From contig JAZLBT010000017.1 of assembly GCA_045613865.1 (NCBI GenBank), forward strand, positions 19,152 through 83,151: a stretch of 64,000 nucleotides of DNA, written 5' to 3'. The notes beneath the pieces were generated by a model. That model saw only the letters and a program-made list of their open reading frames with translations. It was not told the origin of the DNA and made no database searches. Position 1 is the first letter of the stretch, and each line of letters begins with the position of its first letter. The position numbers and the translations under genes are program-made. This stretch comes from Candidatus Spyradenecus sp. (GTDB lineage Bacteria; Verrucomicrobiota; Kiritimatiellia; RFP12; DVOR01). This document shows positions 37,611-47,322 of the stretch, piece by piece.

Positions 37611-37768
37611 GGAATGTTTCACTCGGACTTACGAGACGCGCTGCAGAAATGTGGCGCGTTTGTTGTTTTAAGGTGTTTACAAGAAAGAACAGGTGGGGGG
37701 TGTTTTAGATTTTCATAGAAAAATGTGGCTGAAAGTGATATTATATATGTATAAAGATGGGGAATCGC

Positions 37769-40700
37769 ATGAAATTATTATTTGCTCTTTTATCACTCTT
37801 TTTTGTGACGGCATTTGCGCGCGCAGAATTGACTTATTGTGTCTATGACATTGCAACAAAGACGGCAACCCAATTGGATGCCTCGAATGTTACGGTCATA
37901 GATGAGAATTATCGGAATGGGTCAAAGATTCTTTTTGTTCAAGATTCTGCAATTTCGACTGATTATTATATCGGGGTGTTTGAACTTACAAATGCTCAAG
38001 CATCCGCATTGGGGTGGACTGTTTTAAGTAGTATGACGTCATATGCGGGGACGGGGAGTGGTTTTTCTCCGCCTGCGGTGAGTGCCTATGATCAAGCACT
38101 TTCATTTCCAACAGTGGATCAGTGGCTCGCTTATGCAGGCACGCCACAGGAGATAGAGAAAGGTGTGTGTGAATACAATGTTCATTTTGGATGTTATAAT
38201 GTTCTTGGTCGACTGACAACATCAAGCACGTTGGAGGCTTGGATTGAACGCGAGGCATGGCCGTATGCTTCTAGCCATGGTACGTATGATATTTTTGGTA
38301 ATGTTGCGGAATATACGCAAGACGGCACCTTTCATGGGGGGGCATCTGCTTTTGATCCAAATAGTGCAATAACCTATAACGATCTTTGTAATTTAGCATC
38401 TACGAATTATGCATTGACCAATGATCACGAGGAAAAACACTATCTTGGTGTGCGTTTAGTATATACGCCACAAGTAGAGGGTGCTTATGATGTTTATTTG
38501 CGTGTGGAGGAGGGTGAGGTTAGAACAAATGGAACCCCTCAGGCCGAGGGCACTTATGCGGGCACGTATAAGTGTGATCGTAGATCCGCAGTTGCTTTCG
38601 TTTCAACGCTTCAACTCCCACAGTGGGCAGAGGCTTACACGGCAACATATGTTGAAGTAGAAGGTGGAGAAGAGAAAACGATTCAAGGTTCTTATACGCC
38701 AAATGAAGATGGGGAATTTGAATTCTCAGTTCCTGCGTGGATTCCGATTCAAGCCGTGATAACGTTGACACCAACGATTGCAACGTATCCCAAAGTGCAG
38801 TTTGAGAATATTGAGGTGGAGATTGTAAGCGGCGAAGCCTTTAATGCAACGTATTATCTTCCAGGAACAAAACTTTCGCTCACACCGAGTACGCTTGAAC
38901 ATCATACGTTTGTCAAATGGTCGGATGATAAGACCGCGACGCCTTATTCATTGACGTTGGAAAAGAATCAAACGTACATATTATCACCCGTTTATGATAA
39001 AGAACCTCATGTGACGATTACTAATGGTTCGGCAACTGTCACTGCCGGAGAAAGTACGGGTGATGGTTATTATCGCGTTGGAACAGAGATTGTGATTGTC
39101 CCAGAAGATCGCACGAGAACGGAATATCAAGCATTTTATCGTTGGGTTTATGGTAGTGCGTATGATACGACGGCAGAAAAACAGGTTGGGCCTTTAAAGG
39201 CAAATGATGTTTTGACTTATGAAGCCACTTATCAATATTATCCTAAAGTGATTGTGAATGATGGCGAGGTTGAGGTTCTTCAAGGGGAGGATCTTGGAGA
39301 AAACCATTATACTGCTAATGCAAGCCTTAAACTAAAAGCTAAGGATAAGACAAGTGAATGCAAGGTTTTTACGCGTTGGTCTGAAAATAGCACATCTACA
39401 AATACTGAGATTACAATAACCGCAGGCGCTTTAAAAGTTAAAGAACCCGCAACGGCAACTTATACTGCAAACTATGGAATGGCTCCTCAAGTACAAGTTG
39501 TGGGTGCGACGGTTAGTGTCGTTAGCGGTGAGGCATATGGGAATGGCTATTATAGCGTTGGTGCGCAATTGAAGTTGACGCCGACACCGGCTGTGCGTGA
39601 GGTCTTCCAATCGTGGACAGTGACAGGCGGTTCTCAACCGAGTGCACAAGGGGATGGAACGTACATTGTTGATGTTCCTGCCGTGGAGAAGGTTGCGACT
39701 TATACAGCGACGTTTGCTTCTGCGCCTCGCGTGATGGTCGAAAATGGCACAATAACCCTCGCCTCCGGCGCCGACCTTGGCAATGGTTATTACAGCGTGG
39801 GCTCGAAATTGACGTTAAAGGCGACTGCACCGAAATATGGAACATTTTATCAGTGGAAGAAGGACTCTACCATCGTGTCTACGAGTGAATCGTATACGAT
39901 TACGGTGCCTACTTCTGGTGAACAAAAGTTTGTCGCGACATTTCAGTCTTATCCGCGTGTATTTGTTAATGGCGCAAAGGTTGTTGTGACAAGTGGAACA
40001 AGTTATGGTGATGGTTATTATAGTGTAAATGCACAGTTGGAATTAACGCCAACTGTTCCCACGGGTTATAAGTTTACAAAGTGGTCGAATGATTCGACGA
40101 ATATTCCACTTACGATTAGAGCAAAGGGATATAATTCTAAAGAGAGCTATACCGCCAAATATGAAATTCAATCCGTGACAGCACAAACGGGGCATGCACT
40201 TGGCGGAATGGAGAATTTGCCTTTCGGCTGGTATGCCTCTGAAACGAAAACGTTGACTTTCGGCTCGAATACCTATACATATCCAGTCCTGAAGCGGGCT
40301 ACGACTGCGGTTGTAACGTTTGAAAATTTGACGACAACGAGTAATGTAGGCTATGATCAAACATCGTTTGATGATTCAACAAAGTTGACGTTTAAGTATG
40401 TTGACCCATTACAAATTGATAATAACTTGGATTTTGGAAATAAACCGTTTGCGGGAAACGGCACAATGAAATCAAAGGATGAGCTTCGAGCAATTCAACC
40501 TTATTATCTCGCGATGACAGAGGTGTCAAAACGTCAGGCGTATACGTGGGATAGTAAAAATGGAGGTTTAGAGGCGATTCCTTATGAAGTCTCGTCGTTA
40601 AGTGCTGCAGAAAGTGCAATCGCCGCAATGACGGGGAAATTTACGGCTTCAACAAAGACAACGGTGCGTCCAACGTTTGGTTTGCCCACATTGGGACAAC

Positions 40701-41863
40701 TCCAAGCTGCTGCAATTTTAGGATACACGAAGGCGAATCAAGAAAAGGGCGAAGCGCTTCAGACGGCGGTTTATTCTTACGCAGAACAAGGTGGGAATGA
40801 GTATCCAAATAAAACTATTGCTGCCGTAAATAGTGCGAATGTTGGTCAAACAAAAGCAGGTTTTTATGGCCTTATCGGGAATGCCGCAGAATGGATGGAT
40901 GGAGACTCGACAAACGTTTACGCAGGTGGTTTTTGGAGTAATAATGTTGGTGTTTACATAGTTCAAACAGCGACCAAAATGAAAGGTTGGGGGATGCGTC
41001 CCCTAATTACAACAGAAAATATCGAGTGCGTGAATGTGACGCTATCAATAGGTGGTAAATCCGAGACGTTTGCGTTTCAAAAGAATGCAACGATTAATCT
41101 TGGGACTCCAACAATGGCGAATAAGCGTTTCCTCGGGTGGCGCGTTGGTTCGAGTATAACAACGTCAAATGCAACAACGTTTAAGGTTACGGGTGCGACA
41201 ACCTATACCGCTGTATATGACGATTTAGTGCTTTCAACCATTACCTATATCGATTGCAATGGGGCGACATCATTACCGAAGGGTGCAACAACGGTTGTTT
41301 ATCCAACACCTGAAGGTGTAACAAAGACCTTTGCACGTTGGGAAGTGACGGGTGGCACGATGTCTGGCAATGTCTTTACCCCGACAGCTGCAACTGCGAC
41401 GGTCAAGGCCCTTTATACGACTACCGTTTCGACTGTAAGTTATGTGGATTGTACGGGACCGCAGTATGTTTCTATTGGCTCATCGGTACAAGTCTATTAC
41501 ACGCCTTCTACGGATCCAACAAAGACCTTTGATCGTTGGGTTGTAACGGGTGGCACGATGTCTGGTAATGTTTTCACGCCGACGGCTGAAAATGCGACGG
41601 TAAAGGCGACCTACAAGTCAAATGTAGTGGATGTTGTTTATGTGAATTGTTCGGGTCCCAAGACGATACGATTAGGTGGATCAGAACAAATTTATTATGT
41701 TGATCCTCCTGTTGGACAGGTATTTGATGGTTGGTCGGTTAGCGGGGATGCTACGATTGATAATAAGGGCGTTCTTACGGTGAAGGCAACGGCAACTGGG
41801 TCTCTCACAGTAACTGCGAATTATAAGAAAAATGCGCGGGGCTATATTCTTCGTTTAAAATAG
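37769..41863 (+). CDS. Large secreted multidomain protein: two degenerate FGE-sulfatase (SUMF1/DUF323)-like domains plus about 10 Listeria/Bacteroides-type B repeats (Flg_new-like)
   Basis: Signal peptide MKLLFALLSLFFVTAFA. Domain 1 contains YDIFGNVAEYTQDG...HYLGVRLVY. Domain 2 contains GFYGLIGNAAEWMDGD...GGFW...GWGMRPL. Repeats follow the pattern F(T/Q/A/D)(R/K/S/G)W with blocks ending ...TYTA.Y. Near-identical repeats at the C-terminus. Confidence 0.6.
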   Translation: MKLLFALLSLFFVTAFARAELTYCVYDIATKTATQLDASNVTVIDENYRNGSKILFVQDSAISTDYYIGVFELTNAQASALGWTVLSSMTSYAGTGSGFSPPAVSAYDQALSFPTVDQWLAYAGTPQEIEKGVCEYNVHFGCYNVLGRLTTSSTLEAWIEREAWPYASSHGTYDIFGNVAEYTQDGTFHGGASAFDPNSAITYNDLCNLASTNYALTNDHEEKHYLGVRLVYTPQVEGAYDVYLRVEEGEVRTNGTPQAEGTYAGTYKCDRRSAVAFVSTLQLPQWAEAYTATYVEVEGGEEKTIQGSYTPNEDGEFEFSVPAWIPIQAVITLTPTIATYPKVQFENIEVEIVSGEAFNATYYLPGTKLSLTPSTLEHHTFVKWSDDKTATPYSLTLEKNQTYILSPVYDKEPHVTITNGSATVTAGESTGDGYYRVGTEIVIVPEDRTRTEYQAFYRWVYGSAYDTTAEKQVGPLKANDVLTYEATYQYYPKVIVNDGEVEVLQGEDLGENHYTANASLKLKAKDKTSECKVFTRWSENSTSTNTEITITAGALKVKEPATATYTANYGMAPQVQVVGATVSVVSGEAYGNGYYSVGAQLKLTPTPAVREVFQSWTVTGGSQPSAQGDGTYIVDVPAVEKVATYTATFASAPRVMVENGTITLASGADLGNGYYSVGSKLTLKATAPKYGTFYQWKKDSTIVSTSESYTITVPTSGEQKFVATFQSYPRVFVNGAKVVVTSGTSYGDGYYSVNAQLELTPTVPTGYKFTKWSNDSTNIPLTIRAKGYNSKESYTAKYEIQSVTAQTGHALGGMENLPFGWYASETKTLTFGSNTYTYPVLKRATTAVVTFENLTTTSNVGYDQTSFDDSTKLTFKYVDPLQIDNNLDFGNKPFAGNGTMKSKDELRAIQPYYLAMTEVSKRQAYTWDSKNGGLEAIPYEVSSLSAAESAIAAMTGKFTASTKTTVRPTFGLPTLGQLQAAAILGYTKANQEKGEALQTAVYSYAEQGGNEYPNKTIAAVNSANVGQTKAGFYGLIGNAAEWMDGDSTNVYAGGFWSNNVGVYIVQTATKMKGWGMRPLITTENIECVNVTLSIGGKSETFAFQKNATINLGTPTMANKRFLGWRVGSSITTSNATTFKVTGATTYTAVYDDLVLSTITYIDCNGATSLPKGATTVVYPTPEGVTKTFARWEVTGGTMSGNVFTPTAATATVKALYTTTVSTVSYVDCTGPQYVSIGSSVQVYYTPSTDPTKTFDRWVVTGGTMSGNVFTPTAENATVKATYKSNVVDVVYVNCSGPKTIRLGGSEQIYYVDPPVGQVFDGWSVSGDATIDNKGVLTVKATATGSLTVTANYKKNARGYILRLK

Positions 41864-41879
41864 AGATTTAGGAAAAGAG

Positions 41880-43304
41880 ATGGATCAGTTAACCTATTTA
41901 ATTGCTTTTTTGATTTTGATTTCGTTAATTGCGGTTGTGCCGGCATTGGTGCGTCGTTGGCATGTGCCTGCGGTGGTTGCAATTATGGCGTGTGGTATTT
42001 TTATTGGTCCACATGGATGTCATGTTTTAACATCAATTGCGAATGTGATGGATTCGGGTGTGACGGGAGAAGAACTGCTTCGTGTCGTTGATGCGCTCGG
42101 CTTTCTTGGTCTTGTTTTTCTTATGGCATTGGCGGGTGTTGAAACCGATTTGCGGATGCTTGTTAATGAAAAACGTGCGGTGACATCGCTTTCGATTTTA
42201 ACCTTTGTCTTGCCTGCGGCAGCGGGGTATTTTGTGTATTGGCTCTTTGAACCTGCGAATCCAATTAGCGCATGGGTTTATGCTTCGTTGTTTGCTTCGC
42301 ACTCGATTGGTATTGTGTTTCCCGTGATTCGAGAAATGGGGTTGGTGCGTTCTCGGTTTGGAATCGCAGTGCTTTCGTCAACAGTGATAACGGATATTTT
42401 ATCTCTTATTTTGCTTGCGGTTTGCGTTCAGTTACAGGTCTTTACCTTCCCCGATAAAATGTCGATTACGACGGGAATTTCTGTGTTAAACCACTTTGAC
42501 CTCTCGTGGATGGGGACGACATGTTTTACGCTTGCGTTCATTGTTCTTATTATTGTTTTCATTGCATGTGTTTTATTGCTTGTTCCTTTTCTATGGCGTG
42601 CGGTGGAGGGCGTCTTGCCAAAGGGCGATGAGTCGAAGGTTACCTTCTTTGTGTTGGTTGTTTTGTTAATTGTTTTGACCGGTGAGTTAATAGGAGTAAA
42701 TCTAATTGTTGGTGCGTTCGTTGCAGGTATGGCGATTGCGCGTACACCTGGTTTTCGTAAGGCCGATGAGGATATTGTCGGTGAGGCGATAGAATTCACT
42801 CCTCAAGATGGCGATATTCACCGTAAGCTTGAAGCTGTGGGATTTGGGTTAATGGTGCCTTTCCTCTTTTTGAGCGTTGGCTTTAAGGCAGATATTGGTG
42901 TTCTTTTTGGGATGGGTGAAGGCGTGTCTGCAACACGTAACTTGCTTATCGCAGGCGCTACGGTCTTGGGGCTTGTCTTGAGTAAGGTTTCGAGCGGATG
43001 GCTTGCAATGCGTTTGTCAGGGTTTGGGAATCGTCAGGGGCTTTGTGCAGGATTAATGACGGTGCCACAACTCTCGGCAACAATTGCTGCGGCTGCTGTC
43101 GCGTTAGAGTTGGAACTTCTAAATGAGGTTTTCTTTAATGCTATTATTGTTCTCTCTTTGGCAACAACATTGCCTATACCAACGCTTGTTCGTATTCTTA
43201 TTGAGCGCAGCGGGGTCTCGTTTGACACCTCCGATCGAGGGCCTGCGGCAATTCGTGAGGCGAGAAGTATTACTGAACGAGAACATCTTGATATGACAGT
43301 GTAA
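41880..43304 (+). CDS. Cation:proton antiporter (CPA family, Na+/H+ exchanger-like)
   Basis: 474 aa with about 12 transmembrane segments and a hydrophilic C-terminal tail. Confidence 0.6.
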   Translation: MDQLTYLIAFLILISLIAVVPALVRRWHVPAVVAIMACGIFIGPHGCHVLTSIANVMDSGVTGEELLRVVDALGFLGLVFLMALAGVETDLRMLVNEKRAVTSLSILTFVLPAAAGYFVYWLFEPANPISAWVYASLFASHSIGIVFPVIREMGLVRSRFGIAVLSSTVITDILSLILLAVCVQLQVFTFPDKMSITTGISVLNHFDLSWMGTTCFTLAFIVLIIVFIACVLLLVPFLWRAVEGVLPKGDESKVTFFVLVVLLIVLTGELIGVNLIVGAFVAGMAIARTPGFRKADEDIVGEAIEFTPQDGDIHRKLEAVGFGLMVPFLFLSVGFKADIGVLFGMGEGVSATRNLLIAGATVLGLVLSKVSSGWLAMRLSGFGNRQGLCAGLMTVPQLSATIAAAAVALELELLNEVFFNAIIVLSLATTLPIPTLVRILIERSGVSFDTSDRGPAAIREARSITEREHLDMTV

Positions 43305-43316
43305 AGGAATAGGAAA

Positions 43317-44273
43317 ATGACATCACCTTTACTTTCAATTGACCATCTTTCTGTAACCTTTCGCACTCCGACAGGCGAAGTCACGCCTGTTCCAGATGTC
43401 TCGTTGCAAGTTTATCCTGGAGAACGCGTTGCCCTTGTTGGTGAATCGGGGTGTGGCAAATCTGTGACGGCATTGAGTATTACAGCATTGCCACCAACAG
43501 ATCGTGCACAATTAAAAGGATCGATAACCTTTGATCAAAGTCCTAATTTGATTGAGCATCCCGAGGCTTTGGCGGCAATTCGTCGTCAGGGAATTGCCTA
43601 TGTTTTTCAGGACCCAATGGCATCGTTAAATCCCGTGATTCGTATTCGTAAACAAATAGCAGAGGTTCTCCCTGTAATGTCGAAAGACGCACAGCGTGAT
43701 GAGATTCTGCAATTGCTTAATGATGTTGGGCTCCCCGATCCTGCGCGTGCAGCAGAGGCATTTCCATGTGAATTGTCGGGTGGTCAATGTCAACGTGTGA
43801 TGCTTGCGATGGCCCTCGCTGCGAAGCCTAAGCTTCTTATCGCAGATGAACCAACAACGGCGCTTGACGTTACAACACAACGTCGTATTCTTGGCTTGAT
43901 GGATCGCCTCGCTCAAGAACGTCATATGGCGCTCTTACTCATCACACATAATCTTGGTATTGTCGCAAGTTATATGCAACGTCTTTATGTGATGTATGCG
44001 GGGCGTATTGTTGAGCAAGGTAATGTGAAGGATGTTCTTCCCTCACCAATGCATCCTTATACAAAGGGACTTCTTGCGGCGGTGCCAAGCTTGCGACTTG
44101 AGAAGGATCGTTTGCAAGATATTCCCGGAACAGTTCCCCCCCCAGGGCGTTTCCCTGCTGGGTGTGCGTTTGCACCGCGCTGCGTTTTTGCTCAGCCGAC
44201 ATGCGCGACTCATTTGCCTGAACTCATAGAACAAGGGAATCGTGCGTTTCGCTGTCCCTATGTCGAGCGGTAA
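43317..44273 (+). CDS. ABC transporter ATP-binding protein, oligopeptide/dipeptide (OppD/DppD) type
   Basis: Walker A GESGCGKS, signature LSGGQCQRV, Walker B LLIADEPTTALD and an Opp-type C-terminal extension (PYTKGLLAAVP...CxFxxRC). No permease or substrate-binding-protein partner is adjacent. Confidence 0.8.
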   Translation: MTSPLLSIDHLSVTFRTPTGEVTPVPDVSLQVYPGERVALVGESGCGKSVTALSITALPPTDRAQLKGSITFDQSPNLIEHPEALAAIRRQGIAYVFQDPMASLNPVIRIRKQIAEVLPVMSKDAQRDEILQLLNDVGLPDPARAAEAFPCELSGGQCQRVMLAMALAAKPKLLIADEPTTALDVTTQRRILGLMDRLAQERHMALLLITHNLGIVASYMQRLYVMYAGRIVEQGNVKDVLPSPMHPYTKGLLAAVPSLRLEKDRLQDIPGTVPPPGRFPAGCAFAPRCVFAQPTCATHLPELIEQGNRAFRCPYVER

Positions 44274-44292
44274 TATTTACTGTAGTATGAAA

Positions 44293-45306
44293 TTACTTCT
44301 TTGGGCGAAGATGGAGTAAAACGTCTTCGCCTAATTGTTGGACGCCTACGGTCTCAAATTGATAGGCCTCGTGGAGGCGTTTCGGCGTGAGGACAAATCC
44401 TTTACATGCCTTTGGGTCGCCGAGTAATTTTGGCGCATAAAAGAGATAGATTTCATCCACACAACCTTGTTCAAGGAGCGCACCTGCAAGGTGTCCGCCG
44501 CCTTCACATAAAACATCGTTAATCCCATGTTGACAAAGTGATTGTAACAAAACATCAAGATGTTCTCCATCATAGGCTAAATCTTTGCTCGCTACAAGTG
44601 TCATTTCGTCAATATCGTTTGCATCAATTGGCGTTGAACGATCAACAAGGATACGCTTTTTAAGAGGTGCATTAGGAAGGTGCGGTTGCAATGATGGATG
44701 GTCTTCGCGAACAGTTCCGCTCCCAACCATTATGGCATCAACATGTGCGCGCATTTCCTGAACCCATTGGCGAGCCTTTGCTCCTGTAATCCAACGGGAA
44801 GAAGATGTTGCATCTGCGATTGCGCCATCGAGTGTCATGGCCAATTTTAAACGGATAAAAGCGCGACCTTGGGTGATGACTTTCACAAAAGGTGCGATGA
44901 GTGCTTGGCAACGTTTTTGTAAATCACCATCCGCAACAATAACTTCAATCCCTTGTGCGCGAAGAATGTCAACGCCACGCCCTGCATGTTTAGGATTGGG
45001 ATCGAGACAGCCTATGACAACGCGTTTAATTTTCTTTGCAATAATAAGGTCACAACATGGGGGAGTGCGCCCTGTTGTTGAACAAGGCTCTAGGGTGACA
45101 CAGAGCGTTGCCCCTGCAGGATCTTCAGTGCATGATTGTAATGCATGCACCTCTGCATGAGGCGTGCCTGCACGTTGATGCGCACCTTCGCCAAGGATGT
45201 CTCCATGACGTAAACAAACCGCACCGACAGGTGGGTTAGGGGAGGTCATACCCACATAGTTTTGTGCCAAAGAAAGTGCGCGCTCAAGCGCTTCAAACTC
45301 AGTCAT
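44293..45306 (-). CDS. ribD: Bifunctional riboflavin biosynthesis protein RibD (deaminase/reductase)
   Basis: Start placed at MTEFEAL. Deaminase zinc motifs HAEVHAL and LEPCSTTGRTPPC, plus a C-terminal reductase domain. Confidence 0.85.
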   Translation of the reverse strand: MTEFEALERALSLAQNYVGMTSPNPPVGAVCLRHGDILGEGAHQRAGTPHAEVHALQSCTEDPAGATLCVTLEPCSTTGRTPPCCDLIIAKKIKRVVIGCLDPNPKHAGRGVDILRAQGIEVIVADGDLQKRCQALIAPFVKVITQGRAFIRLKLAMTLDGAIADATSSSRWITGAKARQWVQEMRAHVDAIMVGSGTVREDHPSLQPHLPNAPLKKRILVDRSTPIDANDIDEMTLVASKDLAYDGEHLDVLLQSLCQHGINDVLCEGGGHLAGALLEQGCVDEIYLFYAPKLLGDPKACKGFVLTPKRLHEAYQFETVGVQQLGEDVLLHLRPKK

Positions 45307-45460
45307 ATTGTTCAATGATGGACTGTGGTACGCCAGGCATGAGATCGGAATTGGTCGGACGATTCCATGGGATATTGCCACGACGCGTTCTAATATCTTG
45401 ATTGACGCAACCAGTCGCACAAAGTGCGCACCCTAACAAAATAAAGAATATCGTTTTCAT
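45299..45460 (-). CDS. Small predicted lipoprotein (53 aa)
   Basis: MKTIFFILLGCALCATGC lipobox-type signal. Its stop overlaps the ribD start by about 8 nt. Confidence 0.4.
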   Translation of the reverse strand: MKTIFFILLGCALCATGCVNQDIRTRRGNIPWNRPTNSDLMPGVPQSIIEQYD

Positions 45461-45627
45461 GTTCGCTATTATATCATAAACCAATGGATAAGCTCACGTG
45501 TTTCTTTTTTATTTTATGGACGTGAGGATGGATGTTAATGAGACTAAAGATTGAATGGTTTAAGCGCGTGTATTTTTCCCTGTTTTATGCTATACTGTCT
45601 TTGTTTGATAACAAGGAATTAAAGCGA

Positions 45628-47085
45628 ATGAATTGGTTGAAGTATTTAAGCGCTTGTGTGTTTTTTACAATTGTTGCTACTGTGGCCCAAGGTACAGTAT
45701 CGCTTAAGCCTGACTATGCGAATATTACAGTGCCTCCAAACATTGCACCACTCAATTTTGATGTTTTAGGTGCGCCAAAGACCGCACGTGTAATTTTAGA
45801 AAATGGCGATCTCTCCTTAGAGTTTTCGCAAAATGTACGTATTAAACCTAAAGTCTGGCGTCGTTTGTTAGCAAAGGGTGGAGCGTATACGATTACAGTA
45901 AAGGATGGAGAAGATACACTCTTTCAAGCGACCAACACGATTGCCTCGGATGCTATTGCTCCGACACTTGCATATCGTTTGATTCCACCAAGTTATGAGA
46001 ATTATCAAAATGTGGGTATTTATTGGCGTGATTTGACAACCTTTGAGGAAAAGCCACTTTACACGAATTTACAAAGTTCAACCAAACAGTGTGTAAATTG
46101 CCACCACTTTAACCAAGGCGATCCCGACTCCTTGCTTTTTCACTTGCGTGCCTCTAATGCGGGGACGGTGATTTTTAAGGATAAGAATGATCCAGGAATT
46201 AAACGGAATTTTAAGGTCGGCCCCTTCTTTGCTTCTGGTGTTTACCCTGCGTGGCATCCATCGGGTAAGCAAATTGCTTTTTCAATTAACGACACGCTTC
46301 AGTGTTTCTATTATCGTAATGCCGATAAAATTGAGGTCCTTGATGCGCGTAGTGATATGATGCTTTATGACATTGAAAGTAATACTGCACTGCCAATTGA
46401 AACAGAACCTGGGATTTTTGACTGTTTCCCTGCGTGGTCGCCCAAGGGAGATCAACTTTATTCTGTAGCCGCGACACCAGGTTTTGAGTCCATTCCAGAG
46501 GATAAACAAGCGCGTTCTGAGCAAGCAATTCTGGGGTATACAAATCTTTGTTATGATCTTATTGTGCGTGATTATGATGCGCAAGCGAAGACCTTCACCA
46601 CACCTAAAATGGTGATTAATGCCTCAAAGGAAAAACGCTCGATAACGTTTCCGCGTGTTTCGCCAGATGGACGTTGGCTTGTCTTTACATTAGGACCACA
46701 AGGGGTTTTTCATATTTGGCATCATTCGGCAGACTTGTGGATGCTTGATTTGGAACAGCGTTCATTTCGTCCGCTTAATGAAATTAACTCCTCCGATACG
46801 GAGAGCTATCATTCCTTCACACCAGATGGGAAGTGGATGGTCTTCTCTTCTCGTCGAGACGATGGGACGTATACGCGACCATATTTCACATATTTTGATG
46901 CAATGAAAGGGAACTTTACAAAGCCTTTTATTCTTCCACAGGAAGACCCCGCACACCATGAACGGCGTATGTTGTCCTATAATATCCCAGAATTTGCAAC
47001 AGGACCTATCACGCGTACACCAAAGGATATTCGTCGCGTTGCCGAACAACCTGCAATTGATGCCATTGCGCCCTCGCAAAAGTGA
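45628..47085 (+). CDS. Secreted PD40/TolB-like beta-propeller protein with a single CxxCH heme-binding motif
   Basis: Signal peptide MNWLKYLSACVFFTIVATVAQG. CVNCH motif. Repeated WHPSGK, WSPKGD, VSPDGRW and FTPDGKW blades. Confidence 0.55.
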   Translation: MNWLKYLSACVFFTIVATVAQGTVSLKPDYANITVPPNIAPLNFDVLGAPKTARVILENGDLSLEFSQNVRIKPKVWRRLLAKGGAYTITVKDGEDTLFQATNTIASDAIAPTLAYRLIPPSYENYQNVGIYWRDLTTFEEKPLYTNLQSSTKQCVNCHHFNQGDPDSLLFHLRASNAGTVIFKDKNDPGIKRNFKVGPFFASGVYPAWHPSGKQIAFSINDTLQCFYYRNADKIEVLDARSDMMLYDIESNTALPIETEPGIFDCFPAWSPKGDQLYSVAATPGFESIPEDKQARSEQAILGYTNLCYDLIVRDYDAQAKTFTTPKMVINASKEKRSITFPRVSPDGRWLVFTLGPQGVFHIWHHSADLWMLDLEQRSFRPLNEINSSDTESYHSFTPDGKWMVFSSRRDDGTYTRPYFTYFDAMKGNFTKPFILPQEDPAHHERRMLSYNIPEFATGPITRTPKDIRRVAEQPAIDAIAPSQK

Positions 47086-47252
47086 TAAATTGAGGCCATA
47101 TTTCTCCTTATTTCAAACGCTTTGGTTTTTCGTTAAAACCTGAAGATTTGAAATGGTGTTGCTATGAATATGTCATTAATGAGAACGCAATAAATTTTTC
47201 TTCTTTTCAGAATAGACATTTTAGAAAAAAATAAAGGGGCATTATTTTTTTC

Positions 47253-47282
47253 TTGCACAGAGGGATATTGTAGTGGTAAAAT
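47253..47282 (+). promoter_or_regulatory. Sigma70-type promoter of gdhA
   Basis: TTGCAC, 18-nt spacer, TAAAAT. About 40 nt upstream of an AAGGAAA ribosome-binding site. Confidence 0.5.
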
Positions 47283-47322
47283 TAGTGACCGGTTTAAATT
47301 CAAATGAACGAAAGGAAATAAT

